Below, one piece after another: positions 45,363-55,463 of a DNA stretch of 64,000 nt. Under the pieces are notes generated by a model that saw only the letters and a list, made by a program, of their open reading frames with translations, did no database searches and was not told the DNA's origin. The position numbers and the translations under genes were made by a program. The stretch's first letter is position 1; every line of letters starts with the position of its first letter. Source of the stretch: Candidatus Bathyarchaeia archaeon (GTDB lineage Archaea; Thermoproteota; CALKCG01; B24); contig JAVZJD010000001.1 in the NCBI GenBank assembly GCA_038870975.1, forward strand, positions 480,001-544,000. Reading direction: 5' to 3'.

Positions 45363-46496
45363 CTAACAAACTTTAATAAGCGTATAATTCCTAGACCCCA
45401 GACCAAGCTTTTCCGCCATCTCAAGCATAAATGCCCAGTCTACTCTGGGATACAGCATTTTAAATTTATCTGAGCCTGGGTTTACGGCTCCAACTTCATA
45501 CGCCTGTGAGCCAGGTATAGCTGGAGCCGAGTTTACGAGGTCTATAGATGCTTTATCTATAGCAACTATGTCTTTAGAAGCAAGTATTCCTATATCTGGA
45601 ACAATAGGTAAGTCAGACCAGCCTAATTGTTGATGCTCACAGTCACATTTCCAATCGACCTCTAGGAGAAAGTTCACGTTTAGAATCTTGTTGAAACCCA
45701 TAGCTTTAAGAACCCCACACACAGCATCCAATACTCTAAGCTGAATCTCAGATGGATCTGAGATTCTTGTAGACTTTAAAGCTTTAACGGAACATATGGC
45801 TTGACATGCCTTGCATCCGTAGCACATATTTTGATTTAGCACAGCCATACAGTTGACCATTTGTATGGCTTTTACAGGGCAGATTTCAACACACTTACCA
45901 CATCCATCGCACAGCGTGGGGTCGACAGACGGCTTATCATAATAATGGATGAAGTATTTTGTCTCCTTACCTACGCAACCAACCCCTATGTTTTTAATCG
46001 CACCGCTGAAAGCAGTCATCTCATGTCCTTTAAAATGTGTTAAATTCAGTATGAAGTCAAAGTCCAGAAGGGATTTTGGTATCGATACCTCCTTAAGTTT
46101 AAACCCTTCAACTACAACCTTGACACAGTCTAATCCAAGTTCACCATCCATTATGAGTATTTCAGCACCCAATGTCTCCTTAGAGAAGCCGTGCATTAAA
46201 GCCACTTCGAGGTATTTTTTAGCCGTACCCCTAGGGTCTAGTAGTCCCAATCCTGTCGTTTCAACAACCGTAGGTTTAGCTCCCAGCTTCTTAACGTAAT
46301 CGACGGCTGTTCTAACATAAAAAGACCTTAAGTATCGTGTAGTTAAAGGTGCACCCATGTGAGTTTTAACGGCGATTCTATCGCCCGACTTCACAAGATT
46401 CGGAAGACCTACCCTATCCATAAGAAGCTCAAGTTTTTTAACAAGACTCTCCCCACTGTTTCGAGCCCTCGCGTCAACCATGAAGACACTAGACAA
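45363..46496 (-). CDS. DUF362 protein with 2x[4Fe-4S] ferredoxin domain
   Basis: AVKTHMG, THFKGH, GAIKNIGVG, CDGCGKCVEICP, CYGCKACQAIC, DIGILAS.D.VAID. Confidence 0.9.
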   Translation of the reverse strand: MSSVFMVDARARNSGESLVKKLELLMDRVGLPNLVKSGDRIAVKTHMGAPLTTRYLRSFYVRTAVDYVKKLGAKPTVVETTGLGLLDPRGTAKKYLEVALMHGFSKETLGAEILIMDGELGLDCVKVVVEGFKLKEVSIPKSLLDFDFILNLTHFKGHEMTAFSGAIKNIGVGCVGKETKYFIHYYDKPSVDPTLCDGCGKCVEICPVKAIQMVNCMAVLNQNMCYGCKACQAICSVKALKSTRISDPSEIQLRVLDAVCGVLKAMGFNKILNVNFLLEVDWKCDCEHQQLGWSDLPIVPDIGILASKDIVAIDKASIDLVNSAPAIPGSQAYEVGAVNPGSDKFKMLYPRVDWAFMLEMAEKLGLGSRNYTLIKVC

Positions 46497-46629
46497 GTCG
46501 ACACCTTCCGATAAGATAACCGACTAGGAAGACTTAACTTTTATCGTTTGGCACGAAAATTGAAGGAGTATAAATGGATGTATCTAAGTTATCGTTAAAG
46601 CATAAAATTTATATGTTTAAGCATCTCAA

Positions 46630-46884
46630 ATGAATTGTGTCTATATGCCTAGACGTACAACAGTATTGCTGGATGAAGAAGTGTATGAAGAACTGGTGAG
46701 GGAAAGTCTACGGAAGTATGGAACGGTTAAGGCTTTATCTAAAGTCTTAAACGAAATTCTCCTCAACTCTATTAGAGGAAGAAATGAACTGTTTAAATTG
46801 ATATACTCTGAAAAAGTTACGGAAACAACCGTTAAAGAGTTTGAGGAATTCCGCAGAAAATTGTCGAAAAGGTTAGAATCATGA
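46630..46884 (+). CDS. RHH-type antitoxin (VapB-like)
   Basis: RRTTVLLDEEVYEELV; stop overlaps the PIN gene start. Confidence 0.8.
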   Translation: MNCVYMPRRTTVLLDEEVYEELVRESLRKYGTVKALSKVLNEILLNSIRGRNELFKLIYSEKVTETTVKEFEEFRRKLSKRLES

Positions 46885-47318
46885 TAATAGACACTACATA
46901 TCTCTTACCACTCGCTAGAATTCGTATAGATGTTGATTTGTTAAGGGCTGTTGCTGAGGGAAAAGTTGAGTTAAAGTTAGAGGATATCGTTATTAACAGC
47001 ATCTCCATTTTCGAGCTACAAGCTAAAGCCGCAAAATTAAACGTACCAGTAGACTATGTAGTTGAAGCTGTGAGAGTCATTCTTAAAGCATTTAAAATTG
47101 AGGATTTCCATAAACCTGAGATAATAAGAATTGCCAACGATCTAAGAGGGTTTATACCAGACTACGTAGACTGTGTAATAGTTGCAACTTCAATCTCACT
47201 GAAGGATAATCTGCTAACTGAGGATTCACTGCTACTTTCTCTGAAGGAAGAGATAGAAGAAAGATACGGGATAAGAATATTTAAGTTCAACGAGCTAATG
47301 AAGAAAATAGGTGCGTAA
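46881..47318 (+). CDS. vapC: PIN-domain (VapC) toxin
   Basis: MIIDTTYLLP, SIFEL, DYVDCVIVA, LLTED. Confidence 0.88.
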   Translation: MIIDTTYLLPLARIRIDVDLLRAVAEGKVELKLEDIVINSISIFELQAKAAKLNVPVDYVVEAVRVILKAFKIEDFHKPEIIRIANDLRGFIPDYVDCVIVATSISLKDNLLTEDSLLLSLKEEIEERYGIRIFKFNELMKKIGA

Positions 47319-47384
47319 TTGCCCGGTTGAATTCACACCAACTTTAAAAATCAGTTTATCGAATAAAACCCGTAGTGTACCAAC

Positions 47385-48065
47385 GTGGAGAGAAGACAAT
47401 TGAAAGTGTTAATGGCTATTCTGTTAGTAATTACGATTGTACATGTAATTTTTAGAAGTTTTTCGAAGGATAGATGTTATCAGGACGTTTCAGTATACAA
47501 ATGTAGGAATTTAATCAATTATGCTTTAACTGAGGGAACTCCGAAGTCCCATAGAGATGATAGAGCTGATGAATTTGTACATAAGATCCAGTGGGATAAA
47601 ACCAGCGTTGAAGAGCTGAATTTCTCAACAGTAGGTGAAGCTTTAAGCTGGGTTCATGAGAACATCATCTACTGCTACGATGAGTTCTCCTATGGATGCT
47701 TAGAAGCTTGGGCAACTCCAGAAGCAACACTAACATTTAAAGTAGTCAATGGCTCCGAGGGACTCTATGGAGATTGTGAAGATTTAGCCATACTGTTAGC
47801 GTCTTTAATAAAGTTTCACACGTTGGAATTCAAACCTGAAGAAGACGATGCCTATGTGAGGTGTGGTTTCGTAGAGGTGGAGCCTGGAGTGTTTGGATTA
47901 CATGCTTGGGTGGTATTTTACGATGGAAGTGAACATAAGTGGTATGAGATAGATCCCACGAAAAACCATATGGAGTGTATACCGTATCCGAAAAATGGTA
48001 CGCTATGGTTTAACGACATGGGAGTGTTCGGTTTTCTACCGGGGTATTACCCGGAGTGTTATTAA
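47385..48065 (+). CDS. Membrane-anchored/secreted transglutaminase-like cysteine protease
   Basis: N-terminal TM; Cys-His-Asp triad in GDCEDLA, HAWV and IDPT. Confidence 0.85.
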   Translation: MERRQLKVLMAILLVITIVHVIFRSFSKDRCYQDVSVYKCRNLINYALTEGTPKSHRDDRADEFVHKIQWDKTSVEELNFSTVGEALSWVHENIIYCYDEFSYGCLEAWATPEATLTFKVVNGSEGLYGDCEDLAILLASLIKFHTLEFKPEEDDAYVRCGFVEVEPGVFGLHAWVVFYDGSEHKWYEIDPTKNHMECIPYPKNGTLWFNDMGVFGFLPGYYPECY

Positions 48066-48177
48066 CTATTTCTTCATCCTATGGATTTGCACTGTTGTCG
48101 TCTTTAACTAGAATTATCCATCTTCACAAGGTCTTGATTTACCAAAAAGTTTTAAGTGAATCCTTCAAGGAGAATAT

Positions 48178-48804
48178 TTGAAGGGTGATTTTATTTTGAA
48201 GAAAATGTTTTTGGGAGGTATACTTATCTCGGTAATTGGACTAATCATCTTAGCAGTCGGTCTACCCATAGGTTCTTCAGAAGCACCTATAGAAATGGAG
48301 ACGTGGGAAATCACTTGGTTTAGGATATTTTCAGTCCCCACTGAAATATCGCCCCTCAGTAATGTTGGAATTCCCGTAAATGAGTCTACTCTTCCAGCTA
48401 ACTTCGACTTTATTATGAGCGACCCAGACTTTGCAGTATATACAGGCTCCCAAGATGAAATAGGTCTTATAGCTAAGACGAAGATATATGTTCCTAATAG
48501 TGGAAAAGCCCGTTTTGAATTAGGTAGTGATGATGGGAGTGCTCTCTTTATAGATGGAGAACTTACAATAGACAATTGGGGGCTTCATGGCTACGAACCA
48601 GTGTCGAAAATAGTTGACTTAGAGAGCGGGGTTCATACACTGGAAATATGGTGGTTTGAATGGCATGGAGCAGCCGTGCTGAGTTTTAAAATGGATGAGA
48701 AGGTTACTTTTGGCGACCCTTGGTATGGTCGAGCAGTGGGTGGAGCTATTATCATCGCCGGACTTACCATAATGATAATTTCTAGACCTAGGAAGAGAAA
48801 GTAG
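48178..48804 (+). CDS. PA14-domain protein flanked by two TM helices, paralog 1
   Basis: FELGSDDGSALFIDG...IDNW..H...LESGVHTLEIWWFEWHG. Confidence 0.8.
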   Translation: MKGDFILKKMFLGGILISVIGLIILAVGLPIGSSEAPIEMETWEITWFRIFSVPTEISPLSNVGIPVNESTLPANFDFIMSDPDFAVYTGSQDEIGLIAKTKIYVPNSGKARFELGSDDGSALFIDGELTIDNWGLHGYEPVSKIVDLESGVHTLEIWWFEWHGAAVLSFKMDEKVTFGDPWYGRAVGGAIIIAGLTIMIISRPRKRK

Positions 48805-48857
48805 AAAATTATCTTCACTAAGCCCTTTTTACAATTTTTAAATCGCCTCTATTTAAG

Positions 48858-49445
48858 CTACATTTTCTTAGGTTTTAGTAGGAACCCCAATAATGCTAGA
48901 ATTATCCCTATGAATACTAATGCTCCACCTCCCGTCATTATACTCATAGCTTCCTGTTGCCCTGATACTGCCATGTTGAATAGTGCAGCGGGATCATCTT
49001 CTATTAAAACCTGGTAGTATTCGATTTCAAGTATATGTCTTCCAGCAGTTAAATATGCTTCGATGGATTGTTGAACGTTTGGATCTGGACATGGGAGATT
49101 CAACAAAACATCGCCATCTAGAAAGAGCGTTATATCGCCGTCGTCTCCTCCTATGGTGAATTGAACCGTCACATCTCTTGGAACATTTACTTCTAAGCGC
49201 GCTTTAAACCCTATGGGATCTTCCCTATAGGAGTATTCGAGTGGGTCGTAGCTGAAGATCGTTGGGAATCTACCAGTCGCTATAGCATCGCCCCAAACAC
49301 CGTAAGTATTCTGCATAGAGTACCAAGTGACTTGCCATTCACCAGCTTCTATACCGAATTGTTGACTGAGTTGAAGGCCAAAACCAATTATTACAGCGCC
49401 TAAAACTATTAAAACTAAACCGGGTATTAGGATAGATTTACGCAT
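48858..49445 (-). CDS. PA14-like protein flanked by two TM helices, paralog 2
   Basis: WQVTWYS, IGFKA, FTIGGDDG, LTAGRHILEIEYYQ. Confidence 0.75.
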   Translation of the reverse strand: MRKSILIPGLVLIVLGAVIIGFGLQLSQQFGIEAGEWQVTWYSMQNTYGVWGDAIATGRFPTIFSYDPLEYSYREDPIGFKARLEVNVPRDVTVQFTIGGDDGDITLFLDGDVLLNLPCPDPNVQQSIEAYLTAGRHILEIEYYQVLIEDDPAALFNMAVSGQQEAMSIMTGGGALVFIGIILALLGFLLKPKKM

Positions 49446-49700
49446 TCAAAAGTAGATTTAAACGATAGTATATTTAAAATTAACGGAAGGTAGAAATATT
49501 TTATAGAGGCTTTTGATAGTTTCCTTAATCTCTCTTATCGGAGGCTTCTAATAATCACGATAGCTTTAGCCATGGTAGTAGCTTTTACGGGTGCTTTGAA
49601 GTGGTAAACTCCTATGATGGTGGAAATGTTAAGCCCAATACAACTTTGAATGAAGTTAGACTTGAAAGGACTACAATACGATATGTACCAAGGGGAGTAA

Positions 49701-50414
49701 TTAAGATGAAGTGTTCAGGTTTTTACGTATGAGCTCTGTTTCGTTCAGTACGACTTTACACACTTTTCTCATCAAATCCATAACCTCATGCCCTTTCTTT
49801 TCAATACCAATCCATCGATTAAACATGCCCTCTAGAGTGATAACCCAGGTTATATTCTCTGGAGACTTGTAGAATTCAACCATGCCTTTCACTGCGGCAT
49901 TTTCATCTCTTGCAAAAGGCTGATACTCTATTGGAAGCGATAAGAGTGAGATTGAAAACTTGTCGGGCTTAACAGACCTTATTAGAGACATTATCTCAGT
50001 ATTTTGGTTGAGTTTATCTACAAGATTACTTGATGCTTTAAACTCAGGGATTAAACTCCTCATTTTCTCTAAGTAGGGAGATGATGTGAAAAACCAGTTT
50101 TTACGTATAAAGCCTCTACGTACAATGTTGCATTCTAGTGGTTTGAGCTTCCGGTATAGTTCAGCCTCTAAGCTGCCCATAGATTCCTTATTGACGTACT
50201 CTAAAACTCCAGAAACTATCCATATTCTATCGAAGAATCCTACGGTTCTAGATGATATTAAAAGCCTAGTATAACCGAGGGCTTTCTTAGGAGTACAGAC
50301 GACGAGGCCTTGATAGTCTTTCCAATCCTTAATGTAGTCTTTGAAGAGTTGAACTAGGAATGGGGTTGTCGCAGAGATTTTCTTCTTACGTCCCCTATGC
50401 TTCTTGAAAACCAA
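49701..50414 (-). CDS. Hypothetical protein
   Basis: 237-aa ORF with GAGGTGG SD before TTG; no motif recognised. Confidence 0.65.
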   Translation of the reverse strand: MVFKKHRGRKKKISATTPFLVQLFKDYIKDWKDYQGLVVCTPKKALGYTRLLISSRTVGFFDRIWIVSGVLEYVNKESMGSLEAELYRKLKPLECNIVRRGFIRKNWFFTSSPYLEKMRSLIPEFKASSNLVDKLNQNTEIMSLIRSVKPDKFSISLLSLPIEYQPFARDENAAVKGMVEFYKSPENITWVITLEGMFNRWIGIEKKGHEVMDLMRKVCKVVLNETELIRKNLNTSS

Positions 50415-50727
50415 TTATTCCACCTCTTTAACAACCTAGATGGAAAGTGTAACAGTACACTAAAATAGTTGTTCCGAGTTAGATATTTTAAAGTTTAAAG
50501 TTCCAAATGTTGGATAGACTTAGAACTTTAATAGCCTAAAGAGGTGATGTGGTTTAGACTCGGAAAAACCTAGGAGAAGGCCTAGAAGGAGAAGAGCTAA
50601 GACGCGTCGTGAGAAAGTACAAGCCATAGCTCTATCTATTCTGAAAGCCCTATATTCGGGTCTCAAGTGGTCGGGGCTGTGGCTTAAAGAGTTCTTCCGG
50701 AGGGCTGGACTCGTCGCAGTCAATCCT

Positions 50728-51429
50728 TTGAGAGCTTTCACGGAAATAAGTGAAAACCCAGATATAGGCGGCCCCATAGCAGTTCTAGTAATCCTTATAA
50801 TAGCTGATTTAGTTAACAGGCAACTTTTCATGCTTTTTAAGACGGACATATTGATCTTAAAGGGCTCCAACGTGTTAGAGCCTTACAAGTCTACTCTAAT
50901 GGATACTGCAACTGCTACACAGATAGCCGTGATGTCCCTAATAAACTATGGCTACTACATCCTTAGGAATAGTATCATATACTATATAATGGCTTGGATA
51001 CTTAAAACAGAAAAGCACTTTACCAGTATTCTAATGGCTACTGCATACGCTATGTTCACTTATGTACTCGGCAAAGTTATAGAGGCTCTAGCCATACTGT
51101 TTGTAATCCCCCCGTTGACAGTGGTAGTAGCAGTAGACACTTCCGTTGCTATGCTTTCATCATCTATAACACTCGTCTTGATAAACATAGGGAATATCGA
51201 AGCCGCTAATGCTATGACTAATACGTATAGAGAGGCTTGGGAGGGTCAACTAGCACCCAGAGTCCTCTCAAACATGGCATATGCCTTCTCAATATGGAGT
51301 TGTTTAATATGTACAATTGCTCTCTACGTTATGTTTAAAATGCCTAAGAGCAGAGCGATAATAGCTGGAATAACCCCTATAATCGTTGACGCAGTTCTTA
51401 GAATCGTTTTACTTGGAAGATTCTTTTAA
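50728..51429 (+). CDS. Yip1-family membrane protein; frame open upstream to 50548
   Basis: P..AF.EI...PD...P motif followed by five TM segments. Confidence 0.7.
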   Translation: MRAFTEISENPDIGGPIAVLVILIIADLVNRQLFMLFKTDILILKGSNVLEPYKSTLMDTATATQIAVMSLINYGYYILRNSIIYYIMAWILKTEKHFTSILMATAYAMFTYVLGKVIEALAILFVIPPLTVVVAVDTSVAMLSSSITLVLINIGNIEAANAMTNTYREAWEGQLAPRVLSNMAYAFSIWSCLICTIALYVMFKMPKSRAIIAGITPIIVDAVLRIVLLGRFF

Positions 51430-52171
51430 CAGCTATGAATATGGACGAAAGTAGGATTACAACTGTTACCGCTACTGGGACAGTTGAAGACTGTCTACCA
51501 GCCATTAGATTCGGTATGTTTGTAGAAGATATTAGTATGCTTGAAAAGTAGCTTTGAGATACTTTTCCACTTGGGTCTTTAAACTCTATATAGAAGCGAG
51601 AGCTTACGAGTATGCCGGTTTCACAGTCATAGCTTCTCTCGATAAATCCATCCATCGTTGCATTCTTTAAATCCCCTATGTTAAGTCCATTTATCGTGAA
51701 GGTTGCATTCGTCAGCCAGCAGGCTCTATCTATAAAGAGCCTCGAAGAAACTAGTCGTAAGTCTACTACCGTCGCTGATAGGTTTTCAAGCTGAATTACA
51801 TCACCTATTTTAGGGACGTAGCTTATCCAGAGATAGTTTGTAGTATTTTCCACGGTTTTACCATCTATCGTCTTTATTCGGTTGGAGAATGTATCTATTT
51901 TAAACGTCTTCTCGAAAGACATGTCTTCAATACGCATCTCATAGAGAATGTAAACATATCCATCCGTCAAATTTACAACAGTCCACTTAAAAGTCCCCTT
52001 CGTCGGAGCGTAAGGAGCACCCTTGTAGACGGATACATTACAACTATACTCTACATACGTGCCTGGGTTAAGCCAATTAGGCTGAAAAGCATTAGCTCTT
52101 TGAGGTCTAGTGACACCAGTTGTAGAGAAGGCAATCAAAATTAGCACGGCTATTGCTAACCCACGTTTCAA
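51398..52171 (-). CDS. Secreted, C-terminally anchored beta-rich surface protein
   Basis: Signal peptide, WLNPGTYVEY, YDCETGILV, STNI, C-terminal TM and basic tail. Confidence 0.7.
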   Translation of the reverse strand: MKRGLAIAVLILIAFSTTGVTRPQRANAFQPNWLNPGTYVEYSCNVSVYKGAPYAPTKGTFKWTVVNLTDGYVYILYEMRIEDMSFEKTFKIDTFSNRIKTIDGKTVENTTNYLWISYVPKIGDVIQLENLSATVVDLRLVSSRLFIDRACWLTNATFTINGLNIGDLKNATMDGFIERSYDCETGILVSSRFYIEFKDPSGKVSQSYFSSILISSTNIPNLMAGRQSSTVPVAVTVVILLSSIFIAVKRIFQVKRF

Positions 52172-52271
52172 AATAAACCCTGAAATGAGAAAACAGGGAG
52201 AGACTTATAAAATTATCCTGAAAGTGTAAACTCATCGGGTTGAGTTAAAGAGTAGTCTTATAAGCCCGCAT

Positions 52272-53423
52272 ATGACAGATATTGGAGAGGTCACTATGAG
52301 CGTTAAATGCGGTGTTGTAGGTTGCGGTGTTATAGCTAATGAAGCCTATCTTCCCGCCATTAAGAAGTATGGAAGGCTTGTAGCCGTATGCGATGTTGTT
52401 GAGAAGAAGGCAGAGAGAGCTGCTAAACTTTGGGGTGCTGAAGAATACTATAGGGATTATGAGGAAATGCTTGAAAAATCTGATGTCGAAGCTGTATTCA
52501 TACTCACCGGTATGGGCGACCACGCTCGACAGACGGCTATGGCTGCTAACTTAGGTAAGCATGTGCTAGTTCAAAAACCTCTAGCTACAAACATGGATGA
52601 ACTTAAGAAGGCTGTAGATGCCGTTAAAAGATCTGGTGTGAAGGCTTTAGTTGAACCGTGTGTTCAAATGTTTCCAGAGTATGTTAAGGCTAAAGAGATC
52701 CTAAAAGAGATCGGTACAGTCTTCTGGTTTAGAGCTGGACTTGGACGGGGGCCGCCCATATGGGGTGCGGAGACGTTCTTTACAAAGAAAGCTGGAGGCC
52801 CTCTATTCGACCTAGGTGTATATGAGATATCTGCTTTAACGTTTCTACTAGGGCCTGCTGAGAAAGTGTCAGGATTAGCGAAGACTTCCATTCCAGAGGT
52901 GGATATAGTGCCTGACGACTGGTTTATTGAACACCTGTCTAAGTTTGATACTTATAGAAGTGTATGGCCTCTACTAGGGAAGGCGCCTAGGACTAAGAAA
53001 GTTAAAGTAGAGGCGGAAGATAATACATTGACCATCGTGGAGATGAAGTCTGGATGTTTAGGCGTTGTAATAGCCAATTTTGTAACACCCGACGGCCTTA
53101 GGGTTGACATTGGCATGTTTCCAGACATAGAGATCTACGGCTCAGACGGGGGTGTGCTTATAGGTAGTGGAGCCTACGCCTTCGCCTATAAAACCGTTAA
53201 AATGAGAGAGTGGTCTAAAATAGGCTGGGATGCGATAGGTAGACGTGGTTGGAGTTACTACGAGGCTTCAACTAGACACTTCTTAGAGTGTATAGTGAAT
53301 GATAGGGAGCCGATACCTAACATAGACTGGGGAGCCCATGTGAGTGAAATAATGATAAAATCCATAGAGTCTTCGAGAACGGGTAAGACCCTTAAAATAG
53401 AGACTACGTTTAAACCATACTAA
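52272..53423 (+). CDS. Gfo/Idh/MocA-family NAD(P)-dependent oxidoreductase
   Basis: GVVGCGVIA, GKHVLVQKPLA, GGPLFDLGVY, AEDN. Confidence 0.92.
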   Translation: MTDIGEVTMSVKCGVVGCGVIANEAYLPAIKKYGRLVAVCDVVEKKAERAAKLWGAEEYYRDYEEMLEKSDVEAVFILTGMGDHARQTAMAANLGKHVLVQKPLATNMDELKKAVDAVKRSGVKALVEPCVQMFPEYVKAKEILKEIGTVFWFRAGLGRGPPIWGAETFFTKKAGGPLFDLGVYEISALTFLLGPAEKVSGLAKTSIPEVDIVPDDWFIEHLSKFDTYRSVWPLLGKAPRTKKVKVEAEDNTLTIVEMKSGCLGVVIANFVTPDGLRVDIGMFPDIEIYGSDGGVLIGSGAYAFAYKTVKMREWSKIGWDAIGRRGWSYYEASTRHFLECIVNDREPIPNIDWGAHVSEIMIKSIESSRTGKTLKIETTFKPY

Positions 53424-53470
53424 GAATTAGACTTCCGTAATCTAGCAACACAGACACATAGGGATGACGT

Positions 53471-54709
53471 ATGCATAGGTTTAGTGAATTCTATAGAAGC
53501 TGGGGTAGGAATGCTAAAGTCTTAGTCCTTACGGAGCCTCTATGGAGCATCCCCATGAGCTGGGTGTTCTTCTATAGACCCATATTCATGCGTAGCTTAG
53601 GTATTACCGAGGTTGAAATAGGTCTTATGATGACGCTATACTCTATCCTTCAGATATTCCTTCCCCTATTTGGAGGATATTTGGCTGATAGATTTGGCAG
53701 GAAGAGGGTTCTTATGCTATTCGATGTAGTAGGATGGACTACGGCTATGAGCCTATGGATTATGGCTAGAGAATTATGGCATATGATGCTTGCCATAATA
53801 TTTGAAGCACTGATAACCGTAATATATTCCGTGTGGGAGTGTATGCTTATTGAAGACACCGCCCCTGAATATAGAGCTAGTATATTCAGCACTATAAACC
53901 TGATTTACGTAGTTGGAAGTCTTTTAACGCCATTAGCTGGATTTATAGTTATGACGTATGGTATTGAGACGGGATGTAGAATACTTTTCACTGTAGCTTT
54001 GACAAGTTTATGCGTAATGTTTACCGTAAGACAGATCTTTCTGAGAGAGACTGAAGTCGGTAGTCTACTCTTGAGGGAACAGAGCGATCTGTCTGGTTTT
54101 AAGGGCTATAGGAAGGCTATTAGAATCGTCTTTAAAACGAGGATAATCTTCCTAGTGTTTATATGCAGTGTTCTAGGCGGCTTCTACTACACTGTGTCAA
54201 GTACTTATAGTGCACTATACCTTACTGATTCTAAGGGGTTAGGATTGAGCGGAGGACTTGCATCGATAGTTCCAGCATCTTCATCCGTAGTATCAATCCT
54301 CCTACTGACCACCGTACTACCTAGGGTAAAAGGGGAGAATAGTCTCCTCAAGGTTTTAGTTTTTGGATACATATTGGCCGCGTTGTCTGTAACTACACTC
54401 ATTGTAGCCCCCAACGGATGTTTAACTTTAGCTGTTCTAGCTGGCGTCTTGGGAGGTTTCTACATCCTTGTTTATCCAACCATTAGGACGATTCTCGTAA
54501 ATAGAATAGACATGGTGGATGAAAAAGCTAAAGCTAAAATACTATCGTTATCTACAACATCCTCAGCTCTCGTAAACTGGCTGACGCCGACTTTAGCGGG
54601 ATATGCTTATGTAATAAACCCTAAAATTCCATTCATAGTATCAGCTGGAATCTTGACGGTAAACGCTATCATAGCTTTTACGATTAAAACTTTCACAGGG
54701 AAGTCTTAA
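53471..54709 (+). CDS. MFS transporter
   Basis: GGYLADRFGRKR motif A, ~12 TM. Confidence 0.92.
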   Translation: MHRFSEFYRSWGRNAKVLVLTEPLWSIPMSWVFFYRPIFMRSLGITEVEIGLMMTLYSILQIFLPLFGGYLADRFGRKRVLMLFDVVGWTTAMSLWIMARELWHMMLAIIFEALITVIYSVWECMLIEDTAPEYRASIFSTINLIYVVGSLLTPLAGFIVMTYGIETGCRILFTVALTSLCVMFTVRQIFLRETEVGSLLLREQSDLSGFKGYRKAIRIVFKTRIIFLVFICSVLGGFYYTVSSTYSALYLTDSKGLGLSGGLASIVPASSSVVSILLLTTVLPRVKGENSLLKVLVFGYILAALSVTTLIVAPNGCLTLAVLAGVLGGFYILVYPTIRTILVNRIDMVDEKAKAKILSLSTTSSALVNWLTPTLAGYAYVINPKIPFIVSAGILTVNAIIAFTIKTFTGKS

Positions 54710-54759
54710 ATTCGGAAAGATTTTATAAGCCTCAATTAGAAAAATGAATATTGGGATTT

Positions 54760-55353
54760 TTAAACGGTCACTTTCGCCCTAGGTTTTAAAATAAACCCTA
54801 TTACTGTTATTATAGCTCCTATGAATATTATACCTCCGCCTGCGGTCTGTAAAGTTGTAGCTATACCCCATTCTTCAACATGCATTTCGAAAGAAGCTGC
54901 TTGACCCCCCTCCCACTCATACCACCATAATTCCAACTCGTGAGTTCCAGCTGTTAAGAATACGCTGGTTTCATCCACTGCGTATGCCCTTAGAACCCAA
55001 CTATTTATCACAGGCTGTCCATCGACAATCAATATAATACCATCGTCACTCCCAGCCCTGAATATAACCGTCTTATCTTCTCCGAGAGTCACGTATAATT
55101 TTGCTCTGAAGCCGAAGTGGTCAAACCAGTCCTCATAGCTGATTGGATTGTAGTAGAAGTTTTTGGGGAATCTTGAAGACCCTATTACATCGCCCCAAGT
55201 ACCGTAAGAATCTACTATGCTATACCAAGTTACATCCCATTCATCAGCCTCCAGTAGAGCGTCTAGAGAGCTTGCATATTGGAAGCCGAAAACGGTTAGA
55301 GCTATTCCAACGACAAGTATAACCAAACCTACTATGAAAACGGTTTTATGCAA
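54760..55353 (-). CDS. PA14-domain protein flanked by two TM helices, paralog 3
   Basis: WDVTWYS, FGFRA, FRAGSDDGIILIVDG, LTAGTHELELWWYEWEG. Confidence 0.8.
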   Translation of the reverse strand: MHKTVFIVGLVILVVGIALTVFGFQYASSLDALLEADEWDVTWYSIVDSYGTWGDVIGSSRFPKNFYYNPISYEDWFDHFGFRAKLYVTLGEDKTVIFRAGSDDGIILIVDGQPVINSWVLRAYAVDETSVFLTAGTHELELWWYEWEGGQAASFEMHVEEWGIATTLQTAGGGIIFIGAIITVIGFILKPRAKVTV

Positions 55354-55463
55354 TATCCCACCGTTAGGTAATACGGGAATTCGTATTAAAAATTTTGCTA
55401 TTTTAAAATCTACCGGAAAGCATAAAAGTTAAACCCAGGTAATTTTATTCTGGGTGTTGTCTT

